A DNA stretch of 64,000 nucleotides from Candidatus Parvarchaeum sp. (GTDB lineage Archaea; Nanobdellota; Nanobdellia; Parvarchaeales; Parvarchaeaceae), in the NCBI GenBank assembly GCA_049965555.1, contig JBMFWF010000001.1, positions 1 to 64,000 on the forward strand, read 5' to 3'. A program made the position numbers and the translations under genes. The notes under the pieces were generated by a model. That model did not search any database, was not told where the DNA came from, and saw only the letters and a program-made list of their open reading frames with translations. This document shows, piece after piece, positions 9,013 through 18,947 of the stretch (positions are counted from its first letter, which is position 1; every line of letters begins with the position of its first letter).

Positions 9013-10782
9013 ATGGATAAGTTTCTCATAGAGGTTTCATTTGAGGCCGGCAATAAGGTCGGAGGCATATGGACGGTTTTAACTTCTAAGTCATCATACA
9101 TAAAAAAACAATTTGGGGACAATTATTTGGCGATCGGTTTTTACAATCCAAATCAAGCGGCTGTTGAATTCATGGAAAGCCAGCCTCCACAATATATAAA
9201 AGATGCAATGGCAGACATAAAGCTTGATGGCGTAAAAGTATACTTTGGAAGATGGTCCTCCGCTAATGATGTAAACCTCATATTAATAGACGCAAAGGAA
9301 TTTGAAAACAAGCACGTTAATGAGATAAAAAAGGATTTCTGGGATAACTTCAAGATAGATTCTTTGAACTCGCCTGAAGATTACAATGAGCCTCTTGCCT
9401 GGTCTTATGCGGCAGGTGCTGTAATAGAAGCACTGAGCAAAACGATCAAACAACAAGCAGTAGTACAAGTACACGAATGGCTTTCTGCTGGAGCAATACT
9501 TTACTTAAAATACAAAAAAGTCAAGATACCTACGGTATTCACAGTACATGCAACTGTACTCGGAAGGGCTATTTCTTATTCTGGAGGGAATACAAACGCA
9601 TATGTGCTTGCAAACACAGGGATAACTCCTGACATGCCTTATAAATACGGGGTAGCAGCAAAGCATTTTACTGAAAAAGCAGGTGCTTTCAATGCAACTA
9701 TATTTACAGCAGTAAGCAGAGTAGTAGCAAAAGAAGCAAACATAATACTTGGAAAGAAACCAGATTTCATAACAATAAACGGGATAGACATCGATAACTT
9801 GCCGCAGGCAGATGAAATTACTGCGATGAGGGTAAACGCAAAGAAGAAGCTTGACAATTTCCTCAATGCATATTTCCTGCCTTATTATGACATTAATCCG
9901 AGTAATATAAGAGTATTCATAACTAGCGGCAGATATGAGTTTTATGACAAAGGCTACGATGTTTTCATAGATGCTCTTGGAAAACTTGATAAGATGCTTA
10001 CAGATGACAGCTATGTTATAGCTCTTATAGCTGTTCCATCAGGTACAATAGGAGTAAGAAACGACGTAGTAGCAAATTACCTTACTTATATGAGCATAAA
10101 ATCCGCTTTGGATGAGGATGTTAAGAACTTTGATTCGGTAATCTCCTCCTCAATAGAAATGGAAGAAAATACTGTTGACAAAGCATACAGCAAGATAATA
10201 AATGACTCAAAAAGGCTGCTCAAGCAGCTTAGGAGGCCAAAGCCTACGAATCCGCCATTAACTCCTTTCATACTTTCATATCCTGAAAACAATGATGCAA
10301 TAATAAACAAACTAAGGGAAAACGGCCTGGAAAATTCTGCTGAGAACCACGTCAAGGTTGTTTTTTATCCCAAATACCTTGCAGTCGGCGATGAGCTTCT
10401 TAATCTTACTTATTATGAGATGCTTGCTCTTTCAACTGCTGGATTCTTCTTATCTAAATATGAACCATTCGGTTACACGCCTTTAGAAGCAGCAGCTTAT
10501 ATGTCAATTTCGTTCACATCTGATTACAGCGGATTCGGTCAATACCTTTTAAATGATTATAAGGAGGGATACAAAGGAGTCTTCGTTGAAAAAATGCTTG
10601 GCAGGAAAAGAGATGAATGCATAACGCAGATAGCCAAGGACATGCTTAAGATAGCGCTGATGGACGATGATGACCTTTTAAAACTGAAGATATCCGCAAA
10701 CGATTTGGCTAATCAATTTGGCTGGGAAAAGTTTCTTCCGGTTTATCTTGAGGCTTATGACGCTGCTTTAAAAAGGCTTTAA
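9013..10782 (+). CDS. glycogen synthase, GT3 family
   Basis: EVSFEAGNKVGGI.TV, HEW, T.HAT.LGR, SGRYEF..KG.D, YEPFGYTP.E. Confidence 0.9.
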   Translation: MDKFLIEVSFEAGNKVGGIWTVLTSKSSYIKKQFGDNYLAIGFYNPNQAAVEFMESQPPQYIKDAMADIKLDGVKVYFGRWSSANDVNLILIDAKEFENKHVNEIKKDFWDNFKIDSLNSPEDYNEPLAWSYAAGAVIEALSKTIKQQAVVQVHEWLSAGAILYLKYKKVKIPTVFTVHATVLGRAISYSGGNTNAYVLANTGITPDMPYKYGVAAKHFTEKAGAFNATIFTAVSRVVAKEANIILGKKPDFITINGIDIDNLPQADEITAMRVNAKKKLDNFLNAYFLPYYDINPSNIRVFITSGRYEFYDKGYDVFIDALGKLDKMLTDDSYVIALIAVPSGTIGVRNDVVANYLTYMSIKSALDEDVKNFDSVISSSIEMEENTVDKAYSKIINDSKRLLKQLRRPKPTNPPLTPFILSYPENNDAIINKLRENGLENSAENHVKVVFYPKYLAVGDELLNLTYYEMLALSTAGFFLSKYEPFGYTPLEAAAYMSISFTSDYSGFGQYLLNDYKEGYKGVFVEKMLGRKRDECITQIAKDMLKIALMDDDDLLKLKISANDLANQFGWEKFLPVYLEAYDAALKRL

Positions 10783-11929
10783 CCATAGAATCTAACTGCG
10801 AAACAATATTCATATAATTCAAATAAGCTACATATGGAGAGGAATAAGCATTGAAGTACTTGTGTATGTCTCCGTCTGAAAACCACTTAGTACACATGTA
10901 ATAAAAGTTGTCGGAAGTCTGCAGTATTCTCCACCTTTTTATAAGCTCGCTATTCTCTGAAAGCAGCACTTCTTTCTGCATAGACTTAAGTTTATTGAAC
11001 GCCGCATCCTGCATTTGGTTGCCAAGCCATGCAGATAAGTCTCTGTCCATGTCTGCCCATGAAAGGTAATAAGGCACATCAACTATGCCAACGGCTTTCT
11101 GCTTAATTGCTTCTGAAACTTTATTAAAGCCCACGCCTTTACTTATAAGCTTGCCAGGTAAATCCCTCATGAAATCAAATATCCCGGTTTCTTTCCATTG
11201 GTGTTCACCAAAAGTTTCATAATCCATAAAAAGGTTCACAGTGCTTCCTTCATTGTTTGCTACCCAATTTGAGTATTTGTCAGCAGTCAATGGAAACTCG
11301 TTCCATGTTGGAGTTGAAAACCTGAAAGCTATGTCATCGCTAAGCTTGTAGTTTCTCAAAAGCACCTTTATCTTTTCACTAGGGTCTGTATAAACATGAT
11401 TTGGTGAGCGCCAACCTAATATTCTATCCCAACCTTCCGCAATTATGCCATTATAACCCATTTTAGCCACGGTCTCTGCTATGTCATTTGAATACAGTGC
11501 CTCTGTGTTCCTGAATATTTTTGGATGGAATTTAAAGTAATGGTACATCAAAGACTTATGCTGCTTTACCTGTTCTATAAACTCTTCTTTATCTATAAGA
11601 TATGAAAGAGAATGATAATATGTTTCATCTAACAGTTCCATATTCCCGGTGTCAAACAGCTCCTGAAAAAGCTGTATTACCTCCGGTCTGAACATCTCGG
11701 CCTGCTCCAGGAACACACCTGTTAAAGAGAAGTTTACCTTGAATTCAGGATACTCATTTACTAAATCTATAAGCAGTTTTGTCATCGGTATGTAACATTT
11801 ATCTGCAACCTTGTTGAATATCTCCCTGTTCTTTTCTACATCTATGAACTCCTTATTTTCTATGAAAGAGTATACTCTCTTTAATCTATAAGGCTGATGC
11901 ACCTCAAAATAAAATGTTACGTTCGGCAT
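10709..11929 (-). CDS. glycoside hydrolase family 57 (alpha-amylase-like)
   Basis: FEVHQP, ETYYHS, RNTE, DYETFGEH, LQTSD; 74-nt convergent overlap with the GT3 gene. Confidence 0.93.
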   Translation of the reverse strand: MPNVTFYFEVHQPYRLKRVYSFIENKEFIDVEKNREIFNKVADKCYIPMTKLLIDLVNEYPEFKVNFSLTGVFLEQAEMFRPEVIQLFQELFDTGNMELLDETYYHSLSYLIDKEEFIEQVKQHKSLMYHYFKFHPKIFRNTEALYSNDIAETVAKMGYNGIIAEGWDRILGWRSPNHVYTDPSEKIKVLLRNYKLSDDIAFRFSTPTWNEFPLTADKYSNWVANNEGSTVNLFMDYETFGEHQWKETGIFDFMRDLPGKLISKGVGFNKVSEAIKQKAVGIVDVPYYLSWADMDRDLSAWLGNQMQDAAFNKLKSMQKEVLLSENSELIKRWRILQTSDNFYYMCTKWFSDGDIHKYFNAYSSPYVAYLNYMNIVSQLDSMVKAFLKQRHKPQDKPEETFPSQID

Positions 11930-11983
11930 ACCTATTTATACGCCCCAATCTTTAAATGTTTAAATGGTTTCTAAATAAAGTAT

Positions 11984-12056
11984 GCCCCGATAGTCTAGAG
12001 GCCAAGGACATCGCCCTTTCGAGGCGGAAACCCGGGTTCAAATCCCGGCCGGGGCA
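11984..12056 (+). tRNA. tRNA-Glu(UUC)
   Basis: GCCCCGA...TCGCC-CT-TTC-GA-GGCGG...CCGGG-TTCAAAT-CCCGG-CCGGGGC-A; A7:C66 mismatch; no encoded CCA. Confidence 0.95.
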
Positions 12057-12079
12057 CGCTTATAAATATTGAGAAATAT

Positions 12080-12817
12080 TTAATTTTTACCTAAGAATTT
12101 TTTAAAATCAGATATATCGCTTATTACCATATCCGGCTTATACCTACTAATCTCCTGCGATTGTATATAACCAGTAAAAAGAACTGCCTTCATTCCGGAT
12201 TCTTTTGCGTTTTGTATGTCTAAATCTAATCTATCGCCTACCATTATTATGTCTTTAGTACTTAATCCCATAAGTTTTGCCGTCTCTATAAAAGGTTTAG
12301 CCCCATCCCTTGCCTTTGAAAAGGGTATTGTTTCTCCAGCTATCACTATTAGATCAAAATAAGTATGGAATGGTGTTCTACTTATCCTTTCAGCCTTTAA
12401 GCCATTTACTGAGTCTCTTTCGCTCAAAAGCGCCAGCTTTTTCCCTTCTTTTTTAAGTTCTTTTAGCAATCCTTCGGTTTTGCTTGAGAATTTCTGGTTG
12501 TTTAGAACGTATGAATAAAACATCTGCTTGTAATGCTCTTTTTCTTCTTCATTTAATTTTATTGATTCCTTCTCTACTATCAAAGGTATCCAGTCTGCGT
12601 GATCATAAGATGCCTTGGATTCAGCCAATTCCTTTATCTTTTCCTTCTGAAAAGAATCAGCATCCGAAATTAATTTATTTTTATCCAAATTGAATTTTTC
12701 AGCGATATCAGAGAAAACCACTTTATATGCATTAGATATGGTTGTTTTTGTATCCACTAAAGTGTTATCAAAATCAAACACTACTCCTTTAAAATCAATT
12801 CTGCTGTTAGTAAGCAT
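12080..12817 (-). CDS. HAD-family hydrolase (paralog of 4107..4823)
   Basis: FDFDNTLVDT, VGDRLDLDI. Confidence 0.92.
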   Translation of the reverse strand: MLTNSRIDFKGVVFDFDNTLVDTKTTISNAYKVVFSDIAEKFNLDKNKLISDADSFQKEKIKELAESKASYDHADWIPLIVEKESIKLNEEEKEHYKQMFYSYVLNNQKFSSKTEGLLKELKKEGKKLALLSERDSVNGLKAERISRTPFHTYFDLIVIAGETIPFSKARDGAKPFIETAKLMGLSTKDIIMVGDRLDLDIQNAKESGMKAVLFTGYIQSQEISRYKPDMVISDISDFKKFLGKN

Positions 12818-12877
12818 TAATTATTTAAGAAAGAACCTCATTATTAAACCTTTCTATTGCAGTGATATAAAATAAGA

Positions 12878-13969
12878 CTACTTATAAAATGGTATTATGA
12901 TAAGGATTATCTCAATTACAAAGAGAAGGATTACTATCCATTCTAAAAAAGAGCTGGTGTCCTCGGATACTTGGCTCTGTATAAAACTCCGTATATTTAC
13001 AAGCATATCGAACGTAGTCTCCAGCCTTTTTGCTAGATCGTTAAGCCGGAAGGCATCTGAAAGGAGTGAATAAAGTCTTGCTAGATACCATTCTCCAAAG
13101 CTCATGATTATTTGATTTATTCCTTCTACAAGATCTTTATACTCCGCATAGAAATCACTTATTTCCTTGCTTAGCTTTATAAGATTCCTCCTTGTGAATA
13201 TTATGTAAAGAGGGTTCCTTTTCATGTTCAGAAAACGGTCATTTACAGTGTCTATCATCTTGTTGACTTCATTTTGGTATACTCTGTACTCCAAAAGCTG
13301 TATGTTTGCGGTATCAGCAACCATTATCTCATTTTCATAGTTGCTTGTATTTGAAACTAAAAACATAGCATCCCAGTCTACTATCACTGAATCACAACCG
13401 TAGTAAGAAAGGCTTCTCTTTATAGTATTTGACACATATTCTTTTGAAAGTTCCTTGTAATTCTGTTCATCCAATAGAATGCCGGCTATAAGCTCTTTGT
13501 TTTTATCCACAAAGCTATCAGCACACTGCTCTAAGAAGTACGACCTATACATTTCAAATATCCTCTTCTCCTTTATTTGCATGCGCTTCGAAAGCGTTTT
13601 TTCAATCTTAAGTTTTGTTTCATCTGCAATTTCCTTAAACCTGTTTTCAAACCTTTTATCAAAGGTTATCTTTTCAAGTAAAGTTGTATTGAAATTTGCA
13701 AAAGAAGAGCGTACTCTGACCGCCATTGCACCCACAGAATAGATTACACATTGGATATTCACTAAAATAGATATGCCGTCAAACTTTACGTCCTTTTTAC
13801 CCGCGTTTACCACTATCGGAAGCTCAAACGGGTTTAGCCCTTCGGGAACGGCTTTTCCGTACTCATAAAACGAAAACTCTTCTGCCCCTTTGAAATAGTT
13901 TTTTACTTCCTTCAGGTCTATTTCATCCGCAAAATCATAAAAATAGCTGTAGATTATCTCGCCTTTCAT
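12878..13969 (-). CDS. RMD1/DUF155-like protein with C-terminal TM helix
   Basis: C-terminal LEWIVILLFVIEII after a helical region (YLARLY) resembles DUF155/RMD1. Confidence 0.55.
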   Translation of the reverse strand: MKGEIIYSYFYDFADEIDLKEVKNYFKGAEEFSFYEYGKAVPEGLNPFELPIVVNAGKKDVKFDGISILVNIQCVIYSVGAMAVRVRSSFANFNTTLLEKITFDKRFENRFKEIADETKLKIEKTLSKRMQIKEKRIFEMYRSYFLEQCADSFVDKNKELIAGILLDEQNYKELSKEYVSNTIKRSLSYYGCDSVIVDWDAMFLVSNTSNYENEIMVADTANIQLLEYRVYQNEVNKMIDTVNDRFLNMKRNPLYIIFTRRNLIKLSKEISDFYAEYKDLVEGINQIIMSFGEWYLARLYSLLSDAFRLNDLAKRLETTFDMLVNIRSFIQSQVSEDTSSFLEWIVILLFVIEIILIIIPFYK

Positions 13970-14068
13970 AAAGGATGACTTAGTAAGCCATTAATTATAT
14001 ACTTGTGTTATGTCTTATTAATCACTTGCAGATAAAGATTTTTATATTATTTAAAATCTAAAAAACAG

Positions 14069-14743
14069 ATGAGAAATAGCAGACTTAACAAATTACTGAA
14101 AGACAACACGGAGTACAAGGGTTTTTTGTCCGAACAGCTTAATATAACAGAAGATTTCGAGATCGTAAAAAATGGTCTTCCTTATTATATTAGCAGTATG
14201 GCTTATTCTATAGGATACAAAAAGATATGGTTATCAAATGAGATTAAGAGGATCATTTACTTTATAGCAGAGAAAGATGAACTGGAAGAATTGAAAGAGG
14301 GGTGCAGGTTCATAATACAGCATGAATTAGGGCATTCCCATAGAGTGGAAGAAAAGAATAAAAATGTTACTGGCTATTTTAACAGATTACTGTACATAAA
14401 CAGCGGAAATTACATCATGGAATGCTTCCCGGAATCAGAAGCTACCAGATATGCAATCTCAAGGTCAAAAGATTATGTAGAGGCGCTTGCAGGGCTATCA
14501 GCAATTTCTAGCTTTTTATACAAAAGTGGCACAGAAAACAGCATAAATTCCTTTTCAGAGCATTTTTCGAACTCAAACGTAGAAGAAGGAAAAAGGGAGA
14601 TTTTAAATGCTATCAGCAGTTTCAGGCTTTCGAATGAAAACTACGCAAAAATACTAAAGAAAGCGGAGACATACTTAAAAAAATTAAATGAAAACCTGGA
14701 AAACAGCTTCCTGTACAAAGTAAAAGAAAAAACTAAATCTTAG
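14069..14743 (+). CDS. hypothetical protein with HExxH (zincin-like) motif
   Basis: IIQHELGH followed by ESEA. Confidence 0.55.
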   Translation: MRNSRLNKLLKDNTEYKGFLSEQLNITEDFEIVKNGLPYYISSMAYSIGYKKIWLSNEIKRIIYFIAEKDELEELKEGCRFIIQHELGHSHRVEEKNKNVTGYFNRLLYINSGNYIMECFPESEATRYAISRSKDYVEALAGLSAISSFLYKSGTENSINSFSEHFSNSNVEEGKREILNAISSFRLSNENYAKILKKAETYLKKLNENLENSFLYKVKEKTKS

Positions 14744-15236
14744 CGTGTGAATAATGATCTATGAACACTTTGTAGCATTCATCGTTCGGGAGGAATCTTC
14801 TTACTGCTTTTTCCCAGCCTTTGCTTCCTACCAAGCTCCTTACTAGACTGGAGCTTACTACTGATAGATCCTCCGGAGGTATCAAAAAAATTGTAGTTAT
14901 GTCTTGATTCAATTTGCTGTTTATATACTGTATGCCTTTTTCATACTCTAAGTCTGTCTCTGTCCTTATGCCCCTTATTATGTGAGAGGCTTTTATTCTC
15001 ATTGCATAGTCAACCAGAAACTCTCCTTTGAACGAGTCTATTTTCACATTTTTATATTCTTTTATTACGGATGCAAGCATCCTTTCTTTTTCATCCAATG
15101 AAAAATCCTCTTTTTTCTGCTGGTTTTCACCCACTGCAACTACTAATTCATCGAACAAAGACGCGGCTTTTTTAATTACCCATTCATGCCCTATCGTTAT
15201 AGGATCGAAACTGCCTGCATATACCGCTCTTTTCAT
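14733..15236 (-). CDS. coaD: pantetheine-phosphate adenylyltransferase (bacterial type)
   Basis: AVYAGSFDPIT.GH, IIRGIR..D..YE, VSSSLVR; start moved to MKRAVY. Confidence 0.92.
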   Translation of the reverse strand: MKRAVYAGSFDPITIGHEWVIKKAASLFDELVVAVGENQQKKEDFSLDEKERMLASVIKEYKNVKIDSFKGEFLVDYAMRIKASHIIRGIRTETDLEYEKGIQYINSKLNQDITTIFLIPPEDLSVVSSSLVRSLVGSKGWEKAVRRFLPNDECYKVFIDHYSHAKI

Positions 15237-15397
15237 ATGATAGTTAATACTAGTTATAATTAAAAACGTTAATCCCTTGCCACTTATTATTAAAGTTATC
15301 AGCAACTTTTCTTTAAACATTAAAAATACAAGAATACTATAAACTATAACCTTTTAAAAACAAAAAAAAAGAAAAAATAAAAAATTCAAATCATTTT

Positions 15398-15874
15398 TTA
15401 GCTGCCTGTTCCTGCTATTGCACCCGTTGCAGAATATGTTGCAGTGCCTGCTGCAGTTGTAACCTGGTAAGTTAAGTTACCGCTCGCAGAGAAACCTACT
15501 CCTGAGTTACATGTATCCTTGCTAAATGTAACAGTAAATGAGCTACCAGATGTTACCGTCGACGACGAAAAATCTGTTGAAGAGGTATTACTGTCTGCAG
15601 TAAAGCCAGAAAACGAACTCAAGGTCATTCCCGTTAACTTCGCTGAAGTCGCTCCGTTTGGTAAGCCTCCTGTTGTGAAGGCCACTGTTAAATTACTGCT
15701 ACCACATACTGCTGCACTTGCTGCAAATGGGCTGAACCCACTGCTACTTGCGGTTACGCTTGCTCTAGGGTTAAAAATACCCATAGAGTACAGGATTACA
15801 GCTACGATGACTATGATTAAGATTGCCCAACCATAGGTCATCATGTACTCTAATGCTGACTGTCCTTTTGCCAT
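15398..15874 (-). CDS. type IV pilin-like protein (class III signal peptide), candidate major pilin
   Basis: KG|QSALEY plus hydrophobic helix; Ser/Thr-rich head with two Cys. Confidence 0.85.
   Translation of the reverse strand: MAKGQSALEYMMTYGWAILIIVIVAVILYSMGIFNPRASVTASSSGFSPFAASAAVCGSSNLTVAFTTGGLPNGATSAKLTGMTLSSFSGFTADSNTSSTDFSSSTVTSGSSFTVTFSKDTCNSGVGFSASGNLTYQVTTAAGTATYSATGAIAGTGS
15774..15869. repeat. 96-bp direct repeat copy 1 (pilin N-terminus)
   Basis: 95/96 identical to 16301..16396 by manual comparison. Confidence 0.9.
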
Positions 15875-15927
15875 ACAGATATAAAATTTTTAACCTATTT
15901 AAATCTTTATTTTTTATCAAATTTTTA

Positions 15928-16410
15928 TCAAGAAGCTATACCCGATATCGTCCCGGTAGTATTATATGTTTGATTTCCTATAGAAGGAACATTTTCTGTG
16001 TAAGTTAAAATTGAAGTTAAAGAAAACGTTACTCCATTAAGTTTGCAAATTACTTCTGGTAAATCTATAAGTTTGCTTGAACCCCTTATAATAATTATTT
16101 TATTTAAAGAGTAACTTCCGGAAGTTATATTAGTACTAACTGCTGAGGTAAAATAAATTTTATCAACAAAACCATATCCAACAGATCCTGGAAAAGATGC
16201 ATGCAGCATAAAATAAAGACCAGTTGAGTTACATATTGCGGCAGAAACCGAGAAAGGAGCAAAGCCTGTTGATGTCGGAGTTATAGCTCCTCTTGGATTG
16301 AAAATACCCATAGAGTACAGGATTACAGCTACGATGACTATGATTAAGATTGCCCAACCATAGGTCATCATGTATTCTAATGCTGACTGTCCTTTTTTGC
16401 TTGATGCCAT
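15928..16410 (-). CDS. type IV pilin-like protein
   Basis: KKG|QSALEYMMTYGWAILIIVIVAVILYSMGIFNP, identical N-terminus to neighbour. Confidence 0.85.
   Translation of the reverse strand: MASSKKGQSALEYMMTYGWAILIIVIVAVILYSMGIFNPRGAITPTSTGFAPFSVSAAICNSTGLYFMLHASFPGSVGYGFVDKIYFTSAVSTNITSGSYSLNKIIIIRGSSKLIDLPEVICKLNGVTFSLTSILTYTENVPSIGNQTYNTTGTISGIAS
16301..16396. repeat. 96-bp direct repeat copy 2 (pilin N-terminus)
   Basis: One synonymous difference (GAA/GAG) versus 15774..15869. Confidence 0.9.
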
Positions 16411-16501
16411 CGTTTATACACAAATAATTTCAATTTTATATTATTTATATTTACTTATAATGAAACTTTATAAAGAAAGTCTTTAATTTTGGAGATAAAT
16501 C

Positions 16502-17155
16502 TTACCCGATTGAGAAAGGCAAGTCAACGTAGATTTTTGGATTGCTAACGCTTGTTGCCACATAATTGTAAATGCCTGCTGGCAAAGCAATTGATTTTGT
16601 ATTGGCAAAGTAAGTAAACGGTGAATTCTGCTGTGTTAAAGTAACTGTAGTTCCATTTGCATAATATAATGATAAATTGACTTTTCCTGTAAATCCCCCT
16701 ACAAATATATAATTCGGAAGATTGTCAGAATAATTGGCATACTCGTATGCAAGTGCTATATTAGTAGAATTTGTGTACAAAGCAAGGTTTGACAGGCCAA
16801 AAGACTCGTTTTCAGTCAGCATTGTATTTGCACCGCATGACGTCAAATCCTGCCCAGCCAACAGCTTCCCGCCGTCTAAAGAACTCTCATATATTATTAT
16901 GACCCCATTAGAAACGTTTATCGTATAATTCTGAAAGGCTGTGAATTGAAGCAACGGAAGATACTGGATGGTTTGCATGCCATTGGAAGTGGCAATTGAG
17001 TTTATTGAATCCGCTATTTCATAACATATTCCGTTCATTTTGGAAACTGTCGGATTGCCAGCGGAGATGTGTGTAAAGAAGACTGCTATAAATGCTATTA
17101 AGATCAAAACAAACGCAACATCGACTACAAATTCGAAGGAGAATTGTCCTTTCAT
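16502..17155 (-). CDS. pilin-like protein (class III signal peptide)
   Basis: MKG|QFSFEF plus hydrophobic helix. Confidence 0.75.
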   Translation of the reverse strand: MKGQFSFEFVVDVAFVLILIAFIAVFFTHISAGNPTVSKMNGICYEIADSINSIATSNGMQTIQYLPLLQFTAFQNYTINVSNGVIIIYESSLDGGKLLAGQDLTSCGANTMLTENESFGLSNLALYTNSTNIALAYEYANYSDNLPNYIFVGGFTGKVNLSLYYANGTTVTLTQQNSPFTYFANTKSIALPAGIYNYVATSVSNPKIYVDLPFSIG

Positions 17156-17206
17156 ATTTAGATTAAAAGCAGAGGATATTTATACTATTTCCTGTCTAAT
17201 TAAAGC

Positions 17207-17944
17207 GTGGTGGACAGAAAACTTGAAGAACTGCTTATAGAAAATACCATAGATAACAACCCATCGATTTTTCATAAATTGATGCAGGTTTCCACGTTCT
17301 CTTACATAGAAAAAAGGAGGGAGATAGATTATTCTGACGCTGAGTTCCCTTTGTATATTTACAGGAAAAGGATGAATTACTCTGTAAATGAAAATGAAAA
17401 GAAAAAGCTAAAGACGGAGAAATGGAATGCCGATCTTATTTTACTTTACAATGACAATGGCAAAAGGATATGCGAGATAGTAGAAGTAGAGACAATAAAA
17501 GCCGATGAACTGCTTCATCATAGAAAGAAGAACATCTTGAAGAAGATAAGAACCATTGAGAGGGCATACAATGCAATCGAATTAAACGACATATTAAAGG
17601 ATGCTGATGAGATAAGATTTTCTCTTTCATTGAACGCCGCGCATTTAACTGAGAATGAAAGGTACAGGGTGGCAAAAAGAATAGGCAGCAAGATAGCAGA
17701 GGAAAGAAATGCTGATTATAAGGATGAGAAGGTTAGCTTATACAAGATTTACATGCTGAAAGATAATATATGGGACTACTGCCCTGAAAGTCAGGAGAAG
17801 GAATTTTTGATTAACTACAACCTGGCAATGCGGAAGAATTCCTGGAAAAACCCCCTTAAAAAGGTCATGACACAGCTTTACTACAATCTAAAGGACGACA
17901 GCAAAGTAAGGGCATTGTACGAAAGGCATTACTTTAAAAAATAG
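17207..17944 (+). CDS. hypothetical protein, possible PD-(D/E)xK-like fold
   Basis: GTG start; WNADLILL...IVEVET resembles D...ExE variant. Confidence 0.5.
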   Translation: MVDRKLEELLIENTIDNNPSIFHKLMQVSTFSYIEKRREIDYSDAEFPLYIYRKRMNYSVNENEKKKLKTEKWNADLILLYNDNGKRICEIVEVETIKADELLHHRKKNILKKIRTIERAYNAIELNDILKDADEIRFSLSLNAAHLTENERYRVAKRIGSKIAEERNADYKDEKVSLYKIYMLKDNIWDYCPESQEKEFLINYNLAMRKNSWKNPLKKVMTQLYYNLKDDSKVRALYERHYFKK

Positions 17945-18010
17945 TAACAAAAAGCCTTTAAAAGCCAAAATACGTTAAGAATTAATAAAATCAAAGGCTA
18001 TGGATTCTTT

Positions 18011-18946
18011 ATGGGCATAAGAAACAAGGTAAGCAAAACTATAGACAATGTGGTTGAGTATTACCTAAAAAACTACAGGAAGATGGTGTTCATACCCATA
18101 ATATTCGTCATATTCTTCGCTTCTTTCATAGGTTACTACTACCATGTGCATGGTATGCCGGTTAACGAAGGAATATCGCTTGCAGGAGGGACAAATATAG
18201 TTGTAAACACTAACCAGAGCATTTCACCTACATTGATAGCAAGTTCATTAGGAACTGACTTGAAGCAACCGGTAACGGTAAGCGTTGTAAAAGCGCCCTT
18301 CACAAACACCATAACAGGGTATTCGATAACTGTTGGGAAAAATGTGAACACTACTCTATTGGAAAGCAGCCTTTCAAGCATACTTAAAATGCCTATAAAC
18401 GGCAAGGACTCGAGCATCGATTTTGTAAGCGCGACTCTTGCACAGAGCTCGCTTTACAGCTCTTTCATCCTTCTCGGGATAGCTTTTGTACTTGTGGCTG
18501 CAGTTTCTTTATTTTATTTCAGAAGTATATGGCAGGCCTTTTCAAACGTAATAAGCATAATAAGCGACATAATAAACATAGTAGGGGTGCTTGATATAAT
18601 AGGCTTCAGTTTTTCGACGGCTTCAATAGCAGGCATACTTATGATAATGGGTTATTCAGCTGACAGGAACATAATACTGGCTACAAACATACTGAAAAGG
18701 GAGGAGGCCAGCATGCGCTACCGTCTTGTCAAGACAATAAAAACATCGCTTACAATGGATGCTGCTGCTTTAGTAACTTTCCTCATACTTTTCCTGGGAA
18801 CAACGAACTCAACGCTGCATGAGATAGCGATAATCCTTATTATAGGAGTAATATTCGATGATTTCACTGTTTGGATATTGAACGGCTCAACACAGCTGTA
18901 TGGCTTAAAATACAAAGAAGTAGAAAAGCAGACGGTAAAGGCGTAA
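18011..18946 (+). CDS. secF: protein translocase subunit SecF
   Basis: GISLAGGT, SIAGILMIMGYSAD, TM pattern; precedes secD. Confidence 0.9.
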   Translation: MGIRNKVSKTIDNVVEYYLKNYRKMVFIPIIFVIFFASFIGYYYHVHGMPVNEGISLAGGTNIVVNTNQSISPTLIASSLGTDLKQPVTVSVVKAPFTNTITGYSITVGKNVNTTLLESSLSSILKMPINGKDSSIDFVSATLAQSSLYSSFILLGIAFVLVAAVSLFYFRSIWQAFSNVISIISDIINIVGVLDIIGFSFSTASIAGILMIMGYSADRNIILATNILKREEASMRYRLVKTIKTSLTMDAAALVTFLILFLGTTNSTLHEIAIILIIGVIFDDFTVWILNGSTQLYGLKYKEVEKQTVKA

Positions 18947-18947
18947 T

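Noticed and set aside
15774-16396. 96-bp repeat pair as DGR template/variable repeat or att sites
   Set aside because: Only one synonymous difference, located at the 5' end of genes; no reverse transcriptase or integrase present
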